Shown here in pieces: positions 50,895 through 64,000 of a stretch of DNA of 64,000 nt; positions within the stretch are counted from its first letter, which is position 1, and every line of letters starts with the position of its first letter. Source of the DNA: Tubiluchus corallicola. Its lineage: Eukaryota; Animalia; Priapulida. Location of the stretch: contig JAQGDQ010000023.1 in NCBI GenBank assembly GCA_030141605.1, positions 62,001-126,000 on the forward strand. Direction: 5' to 3'. The position numbers were made by a program, and so were the translations under genes. The notes under the pieces are model-generated. The model was not told where the DNA came from and did no database searches. It saw only the letters and a program-made list of their open reading frames with translations.

Positions 50895-53800
50895 ATGGTG
50901 CACAGATGTTTAGCTCGACCGGTTTACTGTTGGAGACGATGCTTACAAACACGAGGTATACCTTCTATTTAAAATTCGTACTCTTACGCAGTGGGCGCAA
51001 GCTTTTATAAAAGTGACGAGTAATTGTAAAAAGCAAATTATTATATCAAAAGTATAGCTGAAGCAATAGAGAATCTACAAAGCCCTCAAAATTTAGTGTG
51101 GACGCCTCGCGCATCTCGCAAAATCTGCAATCTTGATGGCAAGAGCAGATACTCGAAGAAGCCAACATCCTCAATGCAAATGTCTCTTTAAAGCACAAGG
51201 AAAGCATTTCATGAAAAACTTAAAAAAGTCGTCTGGAAATATTGTGTCACTTACATGCTGTTCTATTGCATGAAGGGCTTGCGTTAGCTGTAACGCTGTA
51301 TAAAACTAGTAAACTTAACTTCCCGCGACGACCGTTAGGAGCAGCCATTAGACAGCAAGTCATTTGAAACAAGTTTAGATAACACTGCGCAAAGTTTGAA
51401 AAAAAATAATCAGAACATTTGCAGCACACTCTTTGCTAACTAAGCAAAAGTTTAAATTACTTTATATTGTCAGTAAGATCAATAGCGTGTTTTTGGTGAT
51501 TCATTGGTGCACACTATCAAAGCAGTGCCTTTTTACCAAGTGGCGCGAACATTTTATATATTAAGAATTTTCTATTATAATTTTCAATGATTCTTTCAAA
51601 AAGGTAAGCGTAATGCTAAGAAACATAACGTTAGCTACATGAGGCTTCCACACTAAATTTTGAGGATATAACAGATTCTTTTTTGCTTCAGCAATACTTT
51701 GATGTAATAAATTGTTCTGTACTATTATTTGTTATTTTTATACCTCATTCACAAATTGTTTTGCACCTATATATGGTGATAGTGTAAAATTATTGCATAA
51801 AAGTAAGAAGAATTAGTGAGCACTTCTATGAAGGTTATTATTTAACATGTCATAAAATGAACCACGTTGTTATTTTCGAAAGACACAATCATTTTTAGAG
51901 CCCAAGCAAATTATGAAACTTTGGTAACCAAAACGCACTCAATCTCTAATTTTTTATTGTTTCAATTCGAGATCACTTTCTGTTTGAGGTGTCTCTAGGT
52001 GACAAAGACTTTCAAAAGTTTCAAAACTGCGATTAAAATAATGAAAAAAATACTGTGTCTTCCCTGTCAAAAAACTTCACGGGAGGCTCTGGTAGCATTT
52101 TCGGAAGTTTTCGTTAATTTACGACAAACACTATTTCAAAATTGGTTATTTTGATGAAGTGGTTATATTTTTTTCATGTGACACTGACATGGGACACTGT
52201 GATGTGACACCGACAAAATTAAACAGAGAGGCATAAATTTAGTCTCTGTGATTGCATGACACCTTATCAACACGATCAGATATTGTCTGAATAATGCATT
52301 AACTGTGAGTTGTGAATTTTAGCTCTTCTGGTAAAATTTGTGTCGAGGATACTTTTGTGGACGGCAATCACGACGTGTGTCATCTCGTCTTACAACAATA
52401 CCGGCTCTTCCAAACGAAATAAAGATCGAGTGGAGATTTTAATATTTTTCAATAACGCTCAAAATCAGACCATTGTTCAAGAAAACCTTTACCAATGTAT
52501 GAAGTCCATGACACGTCATGCTACAGGTGCGATAAAACTGCATTTTCTGGGAGATAAAGAAAGTGTGAACATTGCAGCTGATATCTTGAAAAAAGTGTGG
52601 CACACGACACCCCATGCAGCATCTTTGCAGTACGAGGTAATCATACTGTATTGGTCGTAGGTGAAGCCTTTTTAGTGAACAAGATGAAGTTGTCTATTCA
52701 CAAGATAATGGTTTTACAGTGAAGTTTTTACACTACAATCGGTGATCTATATCTGAGCAAATACTCTTGCTGTGCTGCTCGTAATATTAGTCACACCACT
52801 TTGTACCAATTTTTAGTCAAAAATTCCTGTATCAAAATGTTTTTTGGCACATTTGATGATAGATATACAATTCTCACCCATGTTTAAAGATTCACATAGG
52901 ATTAATTTAGATTTAAATTTTTGTAGTTTATTACGTTAATGCAAATGTGTATTCCGGGTATTCATAACATTAATATGTTTGAGTGATATTTTTTGTGACT
53001 TTATCATGCAGCGTGTAAAATAAAACGCTATCATTTCCAGTTATTATTAATAAAAGGAGTAAAATATTAATCAAAGCTAATTAATAAAAATTAATATTCT
53101 AATGAATGCTAGCATATTTAGTAAATTTATACTTGTATCTGATAACGTTTTTGCTAATTCGTCTCAAGATAGTTCTTACAAGAGCGTTTTGCACTTTCTG
53201 TTGTAAACTTTTAGACCTGATACGTAGAAAGAAAATCATCTTTAGATATAGAAATATACGAACTATATTCTTTATTGTGTACAGGAAGAAGTTAGTAGCG
53301 TAAACTAAACTAAACTAAACTAAACATATCTTTCTCTAGAAATTGACCTCGTTAGAGGCCTGAACTGTATTGAAGCCCATATGAATAAAGCGGAATTTAA
53401 TTTCTCGACTCTTTCAGATTAAAACATTTAGTTTTTTTTTTAGATTGAGCTTCACGACGTATGGAAAGTCATACATGACGTCATTGATGACGTCAGATAC
53501 TTGCAAGAAATCTTCAAAAGTCGCCTCAGGCACTACAAGCTTTTCGATGATTACTACTACTTTGTTCCATTTGTTATTTATAAAATGCTGAGTGTAGAAA
53601 AGATTATAAAGATTGACATTGACACCAAAATACTGGCGGATATTCGATTATTGTGGCAACATTTCTACGCTTTTGACAATCAAATGCTCTTTGGTTTAGT
53701 CCCTGAACAGCAACCCACGTATTTTAAGCAATTTCTTCGATACAGACACTACACTGGAGATGAAACCGTGGGTACGCCACTCCCTTATGGCCATCCAGGT

Positions 53801-54130
53801 TACAACGGTGGTCTGTATTTGATGCATGTAGCTCGGATGGCCAGGTCTCGGGTTTACCAACACGTCATTCAGGCAGATAACCTCAGGTTACTAATGGACA
53901 AATACATGTTTGAAATGCCACATTTGGGAGATCAGGACATATTTACGTTGCTGAACTTTGAATACCCGGAATTATTTCATTCTCTGCCTTGTTCGTGGAA
54001 TAGGCAGCTGTGCCGTATATATGCAAGGGAGAAATGGGTTACATCAGTTTTGTTCGACAAGTACCACACATGCAAAGAACGCATTATGCTGTACCATGGT
54101 AATTGTTATACAGCACTTCCGCCATCTTGA
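50895..54130 (+). CDS. XXYLT1: Xyloside xylosyltransferase 1-like GT8 glycosyltransferase, ~353 aa, type II membrane protein
   Basis: Exons 50895-50955 (proposed start exon), 52323-52636, 53444-54130, in phase. Motifs KIDID (DxD), PGYNGGLYLM, HLGDQDIFTL, LPCSWNRQLC, YHGNC. May be a divergent paralog rather than the ortholog. Confidence 0.85.
50990..51772. mobile_element. Fold-back/MITE with long imperfect inverted repeats in XXYLT1-like intron 1
   Basis: 51040-51110 (AAAGTATAGCTGAAGCAA..CCTCAAAATTTAGTGTGGA) is the reverse complement of 51639-51710. Outer ends approximate. Confidence 0.6.
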
Positions 54131-54433
54131 TTCGGGTTACATCAGTTCTGTTCGACATGTGCCAGAGAAGTGATGAACGTATAACTGTTATACAGCGCTT
54201 TCGCCACCATGAGAACTATCTGACTGGGCCCGACCTGCACCGTAGTTTTGAGCTTCTTAAATTATTGGCTGTGTAACGAAATAGTTTCAATACAGGGTCT
54301 AGTAAATTAGGCCTGAAATGAGACGTTACTCTTCAAGTAAACCACGGAATAGTAATACATCTTTTACCAAGAGTTTATTGTGAATCATTAGGGTTAAACA
54401 AAAAAATACTTTTAGTACATCAAATGCATCAAA

Positions 54434-54572
54434 ATAGCTCAATGGTAGCGTGCTCATTTCTCACCCGGGAGGTCCCGGTTTCAACTCCCGGCCGAGTGGT
54501 ATGAAACACTTAAAAAATCGTACTGCTGGTTATTTAATCAAGAACGTGGGTTTATCGAAGTAACAAGCGGGT
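54434..54572 (+). mobile_element. tRNA-derived SINE (Meta-like family)
   Basis: A box TAGCTCAATGG, B box GGTTTCAACTCC, then AAACACTTAAAAAATCGTAC matching the core of the other copies. Confidence 0.65.
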
Positions 54573-54670
54573 AATAATAATGCGGACCACTTTGGAAATA
54601 AGTAATGAATTACTTAAGGTGTTATCCATGAACTATGCCCTAAACGAAATTATCGACAAATTGTCTAACT

Positions 54671-54678
54671 ATTACCCT

Positions 54679-54713
<35 letters not shown>

Positions 54714-54749
54714 ATGACGATATTATATATATATTAGGGTAATAGCTCG

Positions 54750-54780
<31 letters not shown>

Positions 54781-54853
54781 CGTCCGTAATTTCTTTATTA
54801 TCATATTATATTATATGATATTATATGATAATAAAGAAATTGCGGACGATATT
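54671..54853. repeat. (TA)n tracts with adjacent inverted repeats
   Basis: CTATTACCCTAA/TTAGGGTAATAG pair and a 30-bp-arm hairpin at 54776-54805/54824-54853. Confidence 0.85.
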
Positions 54854-56696
54854 GATGGTAAGAGACCAACCGGCTCGGCATTATTTGATTTGATTCCAGA
54901 GACACTTCATTTTAACGTAACACTTTCTTCCGTTAACAGATACAACATCTTTAAAACACCTATAAACTTATCGAACTGCAAAACATTTTCACAGAAAAGC
55001 CGAGCACTAATGAGTTGAATGACAAGATTGTTATCAAAGTTAGCGCTTGTCAGCATGTCTTGATAATGCATAGGTTGAATCTCTTCCTTGGGACATTGTG
55101 AAACCATTACACTCTCTTATAGTGAAGTCTGCTTAGGACAACGCATTTGAGCACTGACATAGCAAATCAAAAAATCAGGTGCCAGATCCTTGTCAAATTG
55201 CTAAATTATAAGCTTTCTGCTGTATTTATGCTGTCTTCACTTTTCTGCATAACATCACAACTCCCCGGATTTAATGTAGCTAGAGCCTACATTATTTTTC
55301 CCTTTGCCATGTTAACCGCATGCTTTCGATTTTATCATATTTTAACCAATGCTCGCGATGTGTACATTATCTGTTCTAACCTTAATAGTTAATTTGTTCT
55401 CATTTTATTGCGCGAGTGTGTTAAATATTAAAAAGTTTTGCTCAAAATAAAGCACAGATATATGTATTAGTGCAGTCCCGTGGCGGCATCTGCCGGCTAT
55501 GAAATGCTATTACTGTATAATGTTTCCTTTCAAATGTTTAGAAAAATTCACTCTGGGGTGAACAACAGAAGGGCAGTACTTGCATTTGAGAAAATGAAAA
55601 CCTATAACTTGTTTGTTAGAGAAAATAAAGAGCTAATCACACCAAAGCTTATTAGCATTAACGATATTTCGGCAAACCTCTGCTCCCTTGATCAGGTTAC
55701 ATAAAACGAATCACAGAATTCCAGTACGTCATTCAAACACAGTAAACACGGCAAAACTGAATGTCAGAATGGTTGCTATGGTCGACCAAATTTACTTATT
55801 CCTGATCAATTAGACATCTGTATTCTTCTGGCATTGAAATGCAATCGTCACCAGAATTTGTATTGCAATTAGATACAAATTACCCCAAAAATTTACTTCT
55901 GTGGTAATTTTGTTCCCTCTACAAAATTTTTGCATCTGCCAAATCCATATTATGGTTGAAATTTACAGCATGGTCTACCACTTTAGGGTCCGAGGAGCAA
56001 TTAAATAAATGATATTTTTTGAATGTTCAAGAATCCTTGTCTTCCAAGCACGACCAGTTTCACCAATTTACTTTCTAAAGGACAATCTAAAATTTATACA
56101 CTAAACCAGAAGTTTCTTTTTAGACGACGATCTAAAGTTTTGTGTTGGAAATTTAGATTTTAATGTCACTATTTGTTTTGAAGTTACCTGAATGTTATGA
56201 GAAGTTAACTTTCTAGCCTCTTTTTTTGTTACTACACGATAGTACGGGAGGCACAACAACAGTTTTGTGCTTTGACGGACCAGTCGATGGAAGAATGACC
56301 CCTGGGAAAAAGCGTGCACTAAAGTGTCTGCTTCAAAACTTGCGACTTTTGATTCACTCAGAAATTTCGTTACTGGAAAAAGTATTCAACACATACGAAA
56401 TAGCTTTCAATTTGATCACGAAATGCAAAAAAATTGTAGGGAAAACAAAATCATCATAGACGAAAATTTTTGGAGTCATTTGCATCCAATTGCAAAACAA
56501 ATTTTGGTAACGATTGCATTTCACTGCTTGTAGAATACAGATGTTTAATTGATTAGTAATTCCGTGGTAATAAGTATCTTTTTAGTATACCACAGTAACC
56601 ATTCTGTCATCCTATTTTGTTGGGTGATGAAATTAGTTTATTTTGCTTTTACTGTGTTTAAATGACATTCTAGAATTCTATACCAAATGGAACAAT

Positions 56697-56830
56697 CTAG
56701 TGGTGACGCATCCGCTTTCCGTCTGGGAGATAGTGAGTTCAATACTGCGGCCGGGTCGCACCAAACACTTTAAAAATGGTACCGTCTGTTGCCCTGCCTG
56801 GTGCGTGGTATTTAGGGTTAAAGCAGGGTT
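56697..56830 (+). mobile_element. tRNA-derived SINE with Meta-like central domain
   Basis: GAGTTCAATACT B-box followed by CCGGGTCGCACCAAACACTTTAAAAATGGTACC..TGCCCTGCCTGG. Confidence 0.7.
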
Positions 56831-57162
56831 GCACCTGAAGCGGCTCTGACAAACCGCTGGCTTTCTTTTGAAGGTTTAATTGTCTGTTGCTCTCCCTTGT
56901 TGGTGCTGAGCATTCTTGTCTCAGCGTGGTCAGCGTGCTGCTATGCAGCGATCTCATCTGTTCTAGTAGTCGGAAGTAGTCTAGATGCCTAGCGTTGGAA
57001 ATGAAAGTAGCTAAAAAACCGTTAAAATTCAAATTTTTGAAAGCGACAGCACCATGTTTTATCACGACTTAATTTCTGTTATGTAGTTGTAGAATTTACA
57101 GCCGACAAAAAGCTTTTTGAGCTTATGTTAATTGCTCATCGAAAAACCGACATTAAATATAG

Positions 57163-57168
57163 GTTATT

Positions 57169-57210
<42 letters not shown>

Positions 57211-57320
57211 ATTGTTATCCTTATCGTTATCCTTATCGTTATCATTATCGGTATCGTTATCGGTATCGTTATCGGTATCCTTATCATTATCACTATCACT
57301 ATCATTATCATTATTATTAT
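57163..57320. repeat. Compound microsatellite (TTG)n / (TTATCG)n / (TTATCA)n
   Basis: Directly visible. Confidence 0.93.
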
Positions 57321-57489
57321 GTGATTAATTTTATGTAATGCGATGAAGGGACAGCGGATTCTCGAAATATGGTTAATACTAATAAACGTTCTTTACTTTT
57401 ATTATAGATACACAACGCCCCCCAGTCATCAAGTGTTGGTTATTATCTGTCAATTGTCTTTGAAACCTCTAGCATGGAAACGGTTTAAA

Positions 57490-57770
57490 AATATAAGATA
57501 AAAGCAGCTCCGAATAAATGAATATTCATTAGCAAACTGAATTTCAATATAAAAGAAACGCAAAAGATAGAAAGTTGAAAATTTTCACTTCATATCTAAA
57601 TATTTTTCAGATATTGGTTTCTATAGAATATGGGTTTTGAATTCCATCGTTTGTCATTGTCTGCCGATGATTTAGATGTGAATTGAAAATCTGCGCTTTC
57701 CTTCATTGATCATACTGAATTTCAGTTTGATAGTGAAAATGCATTTATTTGAAGTCGCCTTTATCTTTTG
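57490..57770. mobile_element. Old fold-back element (imperfect ~100-bp inverted arms)
   Basis: AAGATAAAAGCAGCTCCGAATAAATGAATATTCATTAGCAAACTGAA pairs with the reverse complement of 57721-57768. Confidence 0.6.
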
Positions 57771-57812
57771 TTTCTGAATTGCCATAAATATAAAGCAGTT
57801 TTGGCAGCTTAA

Positions 57813-58230
57813 GGCCCGCGTCAGAGCTGGACATAATCCGTATGCCGTGAGGAGAAAAAGCTGCCTAATGAAAAATGAACACGTGCTAAAGAAAGGTTCC
57901 TGTCAGACAGATAACCCATTAGCCATCTTCCGCCGACCGCGGTTTGCATACCGTAAGCCATCAGCCATCATCCACGGTAGGCCCCTCCCAACCGGTTTTG
58001 AGAGGTTCATAAGACGCCTTATCGCGGAATGAATTTGGCCATTAATTTCATTCGCCATAAGGTGTTTCGAATCATCGTTAACGCGATAATTAGCATGTTT
58101 GTGCTTCATGTAGTGAGCAAGTCATTTACGTCATAAGAATTCATAACATTTATGAGAATGGTCTCAGAAACACTAAAAAGCAATGTTTAAACGCGACATT
58201 TAACTAAAATAGCAGTTAGATACACAGGGC

Positions 58231-58261
<31 letters not shown>

Positions 58262-58541
58262 GAGGCAGTATGTTCGCATAAAGCAAAAAAATGTTACATT
58301 GGCGCGAGGCCCCCCTGGAGGGTGAGGCCCCGGCGAAGTATCCCCACTTCCCCCCTTGAAATAGGCCCTGTATAAGATACATGCATTGCCCAAACGGATT
58401 ATGGCAAAATGGCTTACAATATTTACACAGAGCAAGGATCATGTTGCAGATTATTATATACGCCTTATGGAAAATGGAAGACTCCTTGAGGCTTATGAAA
58501 TATGACTTACGCCTTACGCCTTTCTTTGTGTGACACGGGCC
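57813..58541. mobile_element. PIF/Harbinger-like MITE, possibly with a nested CAGGGC..GCCCTG element
   Basis: TIRs GGCCCGCGTCAGA / TGTGACACGGGCC with TAA and TCA flanks; internal segment ~58225-58370 bounded by CAGGGC/GCCCTG. Confidence 0.55.
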
Positions 58542-60189
58542 TCATGTGGTTTTCGAACATATCGCCAACAAATCCCTCATTCTTTAACAGTTCTTAATAG
58601 TAACTTGTGTAGGGCTATGCTAAAACATGAGATAAAAATTAAATATTGCGCATTAACCGTGTCTCGCAAATCGATTTATTGATTACTATAGTTAAAACAT
58701 TCAACCTCTAAGTATAAACAACGTTTCGATAATAGTCTCAAAGAAAACGATTACATAGTTGCGAAAGCGTTTTTTCGGCATTTGGGTATTAAGTACGTCA
58801 TTAAAATCGAACAAATTTCACAAACGCATTAGTTTACATCATTTATGAGATTGTAATGAGATACTGATTTCAGCATTTAATTTAAATTAGCCTTAATTAA
58901 TAAAGCTAACTTATGCAAACTGACACAAGATCTGTAAACAAAATACAAGAAGTTTGGTCACCCGCATTTATAAGTGTAGAACAGCATATAGGACATAATG
59001 TGAAAAATATCAGTTTTTGTTTTGTATTTCAAGGGACCTATATTAATTAAGTAAAACAATACCATTATTGACGTGACTGCAACATAACTTTGAGAACAGT
59101 TTTACTAATTTTCAAGAGCATTAAACCACGGTGGCTGATTCACCTAGTGGCACCATAGACTTCTTATTTTCAAATTATCTGAAAATCACAGTAATCTTGT
59201 ACACGATAGTTTTTAGGACTGTCGCAAACAGATGTAAGTATAAGAATATATATAATACGTAAGTTGTTAAATTGAAACGGAAAACAAAAAATAATTAGTA
59301 AGTGTTGTAGCTGCATAAGCTAATTGTATCGTACATATTAAGACAGTGAAAGCTTTTCGTTTTTTAGTTACTCGCTTGCGAAGTTATTCTATAAAGAGTT
59401 CTGTTTCGCCGTGATGTTGCAACAAGCTTTGTTTTGTTGTAGCATTTCATGTAATAGATTTTTATCAGTTTTTACGAGCATGCGTCAAGCAGGTAACCCA
59501 ATGTTTGGCATTTTGGACTAGTTTGTGATATAATGTTATTATTAAACACATTTTTAAATAGTACAACACGTTAACGCACTTTCATGCACTAGTAACCGCT
59601 ACATTTTATGTAATACTACAATGATGATGACTATAATGGTGGCGAATCTCTGATTATGACCCAAATGAGATGCCTTCAAGAGGAAAAAATGGCATGCGTC
59701 TCTTTAACATTTCATTTGCTCAAAACTCTAAGATAGCAAGTTGTTATTTTAGATAAAACATAATACTGGCAAGGATGTGCTTTTCGAATTCGGCAAATAA
59801 GGCAGTCATGAAAGAACACCGAGGTGCTGATAACACTAGCATAATAGCAGTAATAAGTTTAGTTTACGGAAACGCTTCAACATTTTTAAAGGGATTTCCA
59901 AAATTTGCTATACAAAGTTAATTGCTTCTGGACAAATGCCTGCAGCTTTGTTGTTTAATTTTAGGAGTTTTTGTCAAACAATTTCTCTTCGAGATGTCGC
60001 ATTTGCCAGTCTGTGTCTCTGCGCCTTCGTCCAGGACTTAGACCACTGGTCAAGTAACGCAGTTGATCGCCAGCTTTGCTCATTTCACTGTAGTCACACG
60101 AATGGGAAAGCCCTGCGTTCATTAAACACGTCCTTTTCCTAAAATAAAACAGAGTCGTTTAACGCTTATATTGTTAATAACGTTTATAA

Positions 60190-60400
60190 CTATTTACAGC
60201 CTACATCAAACGCAAACTAAAAATAAACAAGGGCATAACTCCGTGTCAAAATTAGCGATCAATTTTTGGAATACAACACCACTTAAACTCAAAGCATCAA
60301 CTAACATAAAAAGCTTCAAAAAATTTCTAACAAATTACTCAAGAGCAACACATGAAGACGACAAACTAATTCCTACAGGCTATCCTTTTATATATTAACA
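60190..60400 (+). mobile_element. CR1/L2-group LINE ORF2 C-terminal fragment
   Basis: AINFWNTTPLKLKASTNIKSFKKFLTNY matches the WNxLP...FKxxL terminal motif. Confidence 0.6.
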
Positions 60401-60546
60401 TCAACTTAAAATATTAAGTTAATTACAGTTTAGCAAGTGACAAGTAGAAACTCAAAAAAAATCTGACAATTTAATCGAAATTAATTCCCTTTAGCCTTTA
60501 AGCATGTGCTGTTATATAAGTCACTTAAATTTATATTTATGTAAAT

Positions 60547-61191
<645 letters not shown>

Positions 61192-62759
61192 AATTTATTG
61201 ACTGGTGACAGTCCATTCACAACAGTACAACAGTGACAAATAATTTCAAAAGCTGCAAGTTCGGTTAGTTAAAACGTGAAACTTGAAAATGTTAAAACAC
61301 TCAAAAATAAAATGCATCAGATTATGTTGGTCCAACGTGAAAAAAGGATTTCTCTACAAACTTTTTGCTTTATAAATCCGTGTATTATACATAATTTAAT
61401 TTTTAAAAATATTTCAATTGCGTGTAAAAGTTTCTGAAAATGTAAATTTTCAGTTTTTTTACTGCTAACATGTAAAGTCTTTAATCTTGTCTTTAAGTTA
61501 ACTAACACAATTTTGACGCTTTTGTACAGAGAGACCGAATACTCACATGTATTTTTATACACTATAATTGTATTGCTGTACATTTTGTGTATGTTTTTAT
61601 TACAATAAAGTATTATATATATACGTGTGTGTGTGTGTGTGCGTGCGTGCGTGTGCGTGTGTGTGTGTATGTGTGAATATATATGTATGAGCAAACAAAA
61701 TCTAAAATTATTCATTTACTCTAGACCTGCGTAATAAGCAAAATTTTAGTTGTGTACACGAAACTGAACAAACATTCAAAAAACTCTCACTCCCACTCTC
61801 ACTTTTACTCTAATTCATATTCTCATTCTTAAAATTTTTTATATGAATCTGGCCGAATAAATAAGGATTTTCTAATTTACTTATTATTATAATAATTTAC
61901 AATAAATGTCAACACAGTCGAAAACACTTCCTTCACCGCTAAAAAGAAAATTCGCAAGTTGGTGATGCTTTGGTTTGCACCGTGAAAGCTCAGCTTGTTC
62001 ATTAGTAATTAGTTTCATGCACTGCTTCTCTTTGGCACATCTAAGCAGCAACATTACTTTGAACTAGAATTTATTGCTTTAGCGCTGTAGCTGTTAACGA
62101 GAGCTTGTTAGAGGTTTATTTGAGCAAGAAATGTTTTACCGGTCTGTACAGTAACTTACACTGTTAATATCCGACTTCAAACGTTTCTGTGGCTTACTGT
62201 TTTAACAAAGAAACAGCGCAGTTAACATCGTCAACATATGAAGTCCGTTTTTGTGATCATTGCTAATTAATAGCCACAACAAAAAGTGTTTAAACTAGAA
62301 AGGACGTTTTGCAATAAAGCAGGTCATAAAGTGACTCAAGGTGTTCAACTGTTCTTCAGACTACATACACTGCAATATATGCAATACATAAAATTTAAGT
62401 ATAGATACAAATGTAGTATTTAACCTGCCTCGTAGGCAGTGTTAGTATGAGGTAAGTTTCTCCAACAACAACAGTTGCCACATTTTTATCGCATAATTAT
62501 TATCGGTGAAAGTGGTCTTTTGCAAATGGAAAATTGCCAAATGTTACACTTAAAATTGCTTTACTTACCTTTTGTTTAGTACAATTATAATTTTGTTTGG
62601 TCACACTAATTCATCTGCTGTTGTCTCCAATCAAAGTGTTTATAAACATTATATTAGTCAATACATTTATACTGTTTGTCAATAGCTGGCACAAGCAGTC
62701 AGATACTGGCATTCAGAACTGTGTCTAAAAGAGCGCAGACATCAACATTACAATTATTG

Positions 62760-63052
62760 CCCGAATTTTCCATTTTCTATTTTCAGTGTGAATTATGTAA
62801 ACGAATTGGACATCAATTGTATACTGGATACCTGTTTAGGTATAGATAACTGAGAACAGACTAATGGTTAAAACATGTATTAAATGAATTGTTTTATTAC
62901 AGTAATTGTAGTGTTTTTATTATTTTAACGATTGTAGCTTTAGATGTTCTTTGTATAATAATCTTTGTAAATGCATTTGTAACTAATTGTGTGTGTATTT
63001 CCTTGTATAATTTATGACCTAGCTGTCGAAATAAAAAATAATCTAATCTAAT
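62760..63052 (+). mobile_element. Probable CR1/L2-type LINE 3' end
   Basis: T-rich UTR-like tract ending in CTGTCGAAATAAA and an (ATCTA)n tail. Confidence 0.35.
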
Positions 63053-64000
63053 GCACTGGTTTAATAAGTTTAAAATTTGGTTCGCTTCCTTGCAACTTTG
63101 CGTTTTCTCACCTTTGTTATATTTTACCTATGACAGCCAGGGCCGGATTTATCTATTTGCGGGCTCTAGGTCAAACTCATGAGTGGGCTCCTAAATTTAA
63201 AGAAATGTTGACATTTTTGTGGTTTCAGTGTCCAATATAATTATTATATACATACATACATACATACATACACGCGCGCGCGCGCGCACGCACGCACGCC
63301 CGCTTCATCTGTTCGACAAGAACAAAGTAATTAATAACAAAACAATACAGACAGAGTGTAAGTTTCGATTTCGTCAGGAAACCTCAGTTAAACGTCTCTA
63401 AAAGCAAATGAATCATCTAGGGTAATCGCCTTAGCAATGCTAGTATTAACCATAACCCGCAATAACCGAATACACAACGCCTCCTTACATTACATTGCAA
63501 TACTTAAAAGAAAACCGGACCCAATTTTAAACCATAGCTCAAAACAATCTATCCTATGAAATACTGAAACAAAACATACTGTTTTTTCAAGAATGATTTA
63601 TGTGAGATTTATTACCACAAAAACGTAATTTTGCATTCGTGCGGCTAGTTCTTTACTTATATTCATTTCATATCGGAATTGCCATTTTTTGTGTATCACT
63701 CTGACTATTGTTTAGTAGCACTGTACTTTAATTTTCGCTTTGCAAACACGTGCAAAGCGCTCGTAGAATATTCGTGCTGTTAAACATTATGTTCAGTTGT
63801 GATGTCATCATTCGATTGAGCTCCACGGTCGTTAATGAAGTTCTTAACCCATAATTTAATTATCGGACGTTTTGCCATTATATTAGGCTGTACAATGTAC
63901 ACTTTTACTATCCTTCAAAACGGGGTAGGATATGAAAAATCATCCTGTTTTCCTTTAACCTGATGATAATACTTTTGGCTTGTCATCTGCATTATTTTAG

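Noticed and set aside
54434-54495. tRNA gene
   Set aside because: A and B boxes are present but the acceptor stem is not, and a SINE core follows. The same applies to similar heads near 7785, 46270-46340 and 47800.
57125-57338. Poly-Cys / YR-YH ORFs resembling metal-binding peptides
   Set aside because: Compound microsatellite.

Overview
AT-rich, intron-containing animal (invertebrate-like) genomic DNA, not prokaryotic. Four spliced genes can be rebuilt by hand with GT-AG introns in consistent phase: a FAM151/menorin-family gene (-, 7 coding exons), an EXTL2-like GT64 glycosyltransferase (-, 5 exons), a CHST11/HNK-1-family carbohydrate sulfotransferase (+, 3 exons) and an XXYLT1-like GT8 glycosyltransferase (+, 3 exons). 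An intronless ankyrin-repeat gene with a FEM1-type BC/cullin box and a C-terminal CaaX motif is nested antisense in a FAM151 intron. The 3' end of a probable membrane-protein gene opens the window. Intergenic DNA holds a decayed near-full-length LINE carrying a younger RTE insertion with a 15-bp TSD, a Gypsy remnant, MetaSINE-like copies, MITEs and mini/microsatellites. Main highlights: two hammerhead-ribozyme folds (one with a consensus core, one with a compensatory G3-C8 swap), the possibly prenylated cullin adaptor, and three unrelated Golgi glycan-modifying enzymes side by side. All family assignments come from motif recognition by eye, without database searches.
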